From contig CAWJGT010000002.1 in NCBI GenBank assembly GCA_963842525.1, positions 1 through 10,947 of the forward strand: 10,947 nt of DNA, read 5' to 3'. Each line of letters begins with the position of its first letter. Positions within the stretch are counted from its first letter, which is position 1. Source of the stretch: an uncultured Holophagales bacterium. GTDB lineage: Bacteria; Acidobacteriota; Thermoanaerobaculia; Multivoradales; UBA5704. The notes under the pieces are model-generated. The model did not search any database, was not told the origin of the DNA, and saw nothing but the letters and a program-made list of their open reading frames with translations. Of the stretch, positions 6,925 through 10,947 are shown piece after piece. The translations under genes were made by a program, and so were the position numbers.

Positions 6925-7535
6925 TTAGCGGCGGTACCTGTTCGAACGCCTGCCGCCGGAGGACGACTGTCCGCTGCCGGAGGGCTGATAGCCGAGGGCG
7001 GCGGCGGTGGCGGAGGCCGCTTCCGTGACGGCGCGGGCGCCCTCCTCCATCGACCGGGCACCGTAATCCGCCGCACGAGCGCCAGCGTCCGCGGCACGGT
7101 TTTGTATTCCGTGACGCGCCAGTCGGAGTCCGTGGAGCCCCGGCCCTGGCCGCCGGATCCCTGGCCATAGCTGCCGGAGTCCTGACGGGCATAGCCCATG
7201 GAGCTCTGGCCGTAGCCCTGATCGTGGCCGGGGGAACCCTGGCCCTGGCCCTGTCCCGACCGCTGCATCCAGGCGTTGGGATCGAACACCCCGAAGCCGA
7301 GATTGAACATGACGTCCACCATGCTGCGCTGAATCTGGTCGCCGGCGTCGAACATGCTCTTCATGGTCGATCCGAGCTGCTCCCTCATCGAGCCGGTGAC
7401 GGAGTTGAACCCGTCCGCCGCTTCGCCGAACGGGCGGCTCATGTCTCGCGGGAGGGTCAGGTTGAGCATCTGCTTCATGCCATAAAGCGGCATCGCCCAG
7501 GAAAAACTGAGCATCGACTTCGTCAGCTCACGCAT
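6925..7535 (-). CDS. Small uncharacterised protein (~200 aa): Met-rich 'SWAMPLYG' N-domain plus Gly/Gln/Ser-rich low-complexity tail
   Basis: AAAGGAG RBS at 7543-7549 lies 7 nt before ATG 7535. The track frame ends at 6909. After ~7090 an alternative frame with GC-ending codons (ARAADYGARSMEEGARAVTEAASATAAALGYQPSGSGQSSSGGRRSNRYRR*, TAA 6925-6927) looks more natural and leaves room for the next RBS. The 3' end is therefore uncertain. Confidence 0.75.
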
Positions 7536-7542
7536 GGGAGGT

Positions 7543-7549
7543 CTCCTTT
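7543..7549 (-). promoter_or_regulatory. Shine-Dalgarno (AAAGGAG) for the gene starting at 7535
   Basis: 7-nt spacer to ATG, within the gap after the stop at 7564. Confidence 0.7.
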
Positions 7550-7563
7550 CCTGTCGGGCAGGC

Positions 7564-9231
7564 TCATATACACCTGCGCAAGGTTTTCAGAAACATCGCC
7601 AGCGACGCCGCCGCGATGAGGATTTCCGCTGTAAACAGGTTGGCGCCGATCGCCGCGCTTTCGCCGGTCACCGTAATGAGCACCGAGATGGCGAGCGTGA
7701 CGGAGGCGAACCGGAAACGCCTGGAGCGCCGGCACGCCGGTGGCCGGCCGGTCCGCCGGCAAGGTTTGCGGGGTCCGCTCGCGGCGCGTCATCCGGTCGA
7801 GAGACTGGAGGGCGCGCGCACCCCCGTCCTGCGCCAGATTGCCGGTGGCCGCGGACCACTCGACCATACGGTCGTAGGAGAAGAGCATCCGCCAGCCTTC
7901 CTGCCGCAGGTGCCGGTCGCAGGCCGCGGCGAGATAGCTGCCGACGTCGAATCCGGGAGCGAAACGGGTGATGGAGCCCGTCGATCGCGATGGACGAGCG
8001 GATGTACTTGACGACGTCCTGCTCGGGCCAGATCCGTGGTGGGCCCGCGACAGCCGCAGCATGTCGAGCATCACCAGAGTGAAGTTCTTCTTCAGCTCGC
8101 CGCTTCCTTGCCCTTGAGCTCGTACCAGGTATCGGCCTGCCTCTCCACGCCGGCGCGGAAGCCCTCGGGATGGGAGTTGCCGTCCATCACCGCAACCTTG
8201 AAGAACGCTCGGCACATGGCGTCGAGATCGCCTCGCGTGTAGGCGAGGGTGAGGCCCACCAGGTACCGGCGCGAGTGGCGGCTGAGCACTCCGGTGATGC
8301 CGAAGTCGACGTAGCCAACGACGTTGTCCGGCAGGATCATGAGGTTCGCCGGGTGGAGGTCCGCGTGGAACATGCCGTGGAGGAAGGCGTCGCCGAGGAA
8401 GTTGTCGATGACGTTGCGGGCGAACTCGTCGGGCTCGAGCCGGACAGCTCCAGGCGGCGCAGAGTCATCTCGTCCCCGGTTTCACGGGCGCGCAGGTAGC
8501 CCAGGAGCGTCGCCCCCTCGAAGAACTCGGCCACCAGCGTGCGGCGGCTGACACAGCTCGGCAGCAGCTTGGGCACGCGCTCGGCGGGGTTGCCCCGCTG
8601 TTACTCGGAGTTGCTCCATGTAGCGCGCCTCGCTGCGGTAGTCGAGCTCTTCGGCGGTCCAGACGATGAACTCGGTCAAACGGCTGACCGCCCAGTAGAA
8701 GAGGCGCAGGCGCAGGTGGCGGATGAGCCAGAGCATCGAGCTCATCAGGCGGATGTCGCCGGAGAACTCGACGTCGACGGACGGCCGCTGGACCTGGACC
8801 GCGAGCTTCTGCCCGTTCAGGTAGGCCACGTGGACCTGTCCGATCGAGGCGGTGGCGAGCGGCTCCGTCTCGATCTGGTCGAAGTCTCGGAAGGCCGCTT
8901 GCCCAGCTCCTCCAGGAAGGTCCGCTCGACCTCCTCGTACGGGAAAGGTGCCACCCGGTCGAGCAGATTGGATGGGCTTCGCAGACTTCGAAGGAGACGA
9001 TGTCCGGCTGAAGCGCCAGCATCTGGCCGAGCTTGATGAACGTCCCGCCCATGTCCTCCAAAAGGACGCGCAGCCGCTCCGGGCGCGAGAGATTGCCCGG
9101 CGGCAGACGCCGCGCCAGCCACCCCAACCAGGGCCAGCCTCCAGGCGCGGCCCCAGCAGCATGGAGAGACCGTGCGCGATCAGCACGCGCAGGATTCTGC
9201 CCAGGCGACGCGCGTTAGCGAGGACGGTCAT
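7564..9231 (-). CDS. UbiB/ABC1/AarF family atypical protein kinase-like protein with C-terminal hydrophobic helices (~555 aa); many (about 9) apparent frameshifts
   Basis: Family motifs occur in the right order across frames: RRLGRILRVLIAHGL; ERLRVLLEDMGGTFIKLGQMLALQPD (KxGQ, ~9023-9040); LLDRVAPFP; EPLATASIGQVH (Ala-rich loop); LAVQVQRP; EELDYRSEARYME; LVAEFFEG; GMFHADLHPANL (HADLHPAN at 8344-8367); YVDFG (DFG at 8299-8307). The hydrophobic end ...LAISVLITVTGESAAIGANLFTAEILIAAASLAMFLKTLRRCI* has its stop at 7564-7566. Not labelled ubiB because no ubi genes are nearby. Confidence 0.9.
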
Positions 9232-9315
9232 GGCGGACGCTCAGAATAGATAGACACTTCGACATCCTAAAGGAGCGGGGTCCAGGGGAGGAGAAAGCGC
9301 GGGACCAAAAGGGAT

Positions 9316-10947
9316 CTAGACGCGATGACTTTCCTCGGCCGCCGCCATTTGGGGATTGTTTGCGAATGAGCGAAAGAAGATGGACTTCCGCCGCACCAGC
9401 ATCTCGTCGATCGCTGACTGCATCCTGGCCTTCACCTCGCGGCTGATCTCACGCACGATCGAGGGGTCTTCCGCCGCCTCGGGACCGTACGTCTCCTGGA
9501 CCGGCATCGGCTCCAGGAACCGTGTGTGCCACTCGAGGAAGGGGCAGGCCGGGGAACGGGGAGTTGGGCCGAGCGGCAGGTAGAGCCACTCGGTGGCGCG
9601 CTTGACCCACTTCCAGTCGAGCCGGCCCCAGATGGGGTAGATCTCGGCGCTCCCCACGGTGACGAAGGGCACGATCGGGGCACGGTTCCTGAGCGCCATC
9701 TTCACGTACTCGTCACGCCCGAACTTGCCGAGCTTGTAGGCTTGACGGTAGGGGGTGAAGGCGCCGTGGATGCCCTCGGGGAACATACCCAGGAGCCCTT
9801 CCCGTTCCAGCACCCAGTCGGCGTTCTCCTGGCAGGCCACGATGCCGCCCAGCTTGGTCATGTAGTTGGCCAGGAAGGGGTTCTTGACGAGGCAGGGGTG
9901 GATCAGGAAGCGCGGGACCCGTCCGGTGGCCCGCTTGACGGCCACCAGGGCCATGACGCCGTCCCGGGCATGAAGCCCCGGTGAACGCCGGTGACCACCA
10001 CCCTACCCTGCCGCGGCACGTTCTCCAGACCCTGGTACTCGATGCGCCAGTAGTGGTCGTGGAGGAAGCGGAAGAGGGTGCGCTCATAGGCCCCGATATA
10101 GTCGAGGTCGAGCCCGAAATCGTCCGGCTCCGGGGCTTCTCCATCGCTGCCAAAGGCGGCCAGCACGGCCTCGGCGCTCGTCTTCTTCGGGACGAACCCC
10201 AATTCGCGCTCGATCGTCTTTCCGGAGACGGTCGCGTTGTGTCGCAAGTAGTCGAGCCAGCCGCCGCCCCAACCGAAAGGAATCCGCCGCACGCCCGCCA
10301 GGCGCAACGCGACGCGCACCGGCACGGCTCCCCGGGGAGCGACGTGGTAGACGCCGGGCTTGCCGGCACCGTCTCCACCGCGCACCGCACGGCCTCGGCC
10401 AGATCCTCGGGGGCGAGGACCTGGAGCGCGGGGTCGAACCCCGGCGGCACCACGGCCGAACGGCCGCGCAGCATCATCGAGAGGGGATCGGCTCCGTCGC
10501 GGGTCCCCACCGGGGCGGGGCGCAGAATGATGCGCTCCCAATCCGGCAGCTTCGCCGCGGCCAAGGCCTCGAGATCCCGCCAGGCGCGGGCAACGGGATG
10601 GTTCCCTTCCGGCCGATAGGACTCCGTCACGTAGCCAGGGTTGTGATGATGGGGATCGAGGGCTGCGGCGGAAGAGAGCAGGACGAGCCTGCCGGTTCCC
10701 TGGGCAGCGAGGCCCTCGAAGGCGGTGCCGGCCGACTCCAGGTCCGGTCCGGCCTCAGTGAGCCGGGGACAATAGACGACGGTTCCGGCCTCCCCCACTC
10801 CCTCCACCCGCCCAGCCAGGAGAGTCGTTACAGAGTCTTCGGGGCCTTCCGAGGATAAATCTTGCCATGCCGTTGCTTCCTTCAGGCCCGGCGAGCCGCG
10901 CAGGACCGTCTGCGCCACCCGCTGGGCTGAAACGATCACCGGAGTGA
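9316..10947 (-). CDS. Fusion of an extended-SDR/NAD-dependent epimerase-like domain and a lysophospholipid/glycerolipid acyltransferase (LPLAT, PlsC superfamily, MGAT-like); 5' end probably outside the window; frameshifts near 10370 and 9965
   Basis: SDR-like: LVLLSSAAA...NPGYVTES, IILRPAPV, GFDPALQVLAPEDLAEAV, PGVYHVAP, IERELGFVP. Acyltransferase: DDFGLD, YWRIEYQGLENVPRQGRVVVTGVHRGFMP[W]DG (catalytic His...Asp block, restored by one T near 9965), GMFPEG, GKFGR, MALRNRAPIVPFVTVGSAE. The two domains are continuous within a single frame (track ORF 9903-10541). Confidence 0.85.

Noticed and set aside
6961-7080. Poly-proline tract (RKRPPPPPPPSAISPP) in the ORF-track translation of 6909-7535
   Set aside because: Probably an off-frame reading of GCC-rich Ala/Thr codons (AASATAAAL) after an indel near 7090.
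7564-9231. Calling this gene ubiB and the locus a ubiquinone pathway
   Set aside because: Family membership is clear, but no ubiE/ubiJ or other quinone genes are in the window and the family has many non-ubiquinone members.
9232-9315. Possible internal promoter (TATTCT at 9248-9243) or terminator in the largest intergenic gap, which is pyrimidine-rich on the minus strand
   Set aside because: There is no convincing -35 element. The only stems are short (GGTCC/GGACC, TCCT/AGGA) and lack a following U-tract. The evidence is too weak to call.

Overview
GC-rich bacterial DNA (roughly 68% by eye) carrying one co-directional minus-strand gene cluster that runs off the left edge and probably the right edge too. 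The ORF track is misleading. The sequence has about 20 single-base indels, several in homopolymer runs, which looks like long-read error, so I rebuilt the genes by joining frames by hand. The result is nine genes. In transcription order (right to left): (1) a degenerate NAD(P)-binding epimerase-like (extended SDR) domain fused to a lysophospholipid-acyltransferase (LPLAT/PlsC-like) domain; (2) a UbiB/ABC1/AarF atypical kinase; (3) a small protein with an 'MRELTKSMLSFSWAMPLYG' N-domain and a Gly/Gln/Ser-rich tail; (4) a helical 'WHGVGR' protein starting with the same N-domain; (5) a second UbiB/ABC1-fold protein with all catalytic motifs degenerate (pseudokinase); (6) a 'DGFAAWVIA' protein; (7) a second 'WHGVGR' paralog; (8) a second 'DGFAAWVIA' paralog with an extra C-terminal domain; (9) an unknown protein of >400 aa. 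The cluster thus holds three paralog pairs, a shared N-terminal amphipathic module in two or three proteins, and lipid-related enzymes. I do not recognise it as a described system. My working hypothesis (inference only) is a lipid-body or membrane-associated assembly controlled by a kinase/pseudokinase pair. I saw no RNA genes, CRISPR arrays or mobile elements.
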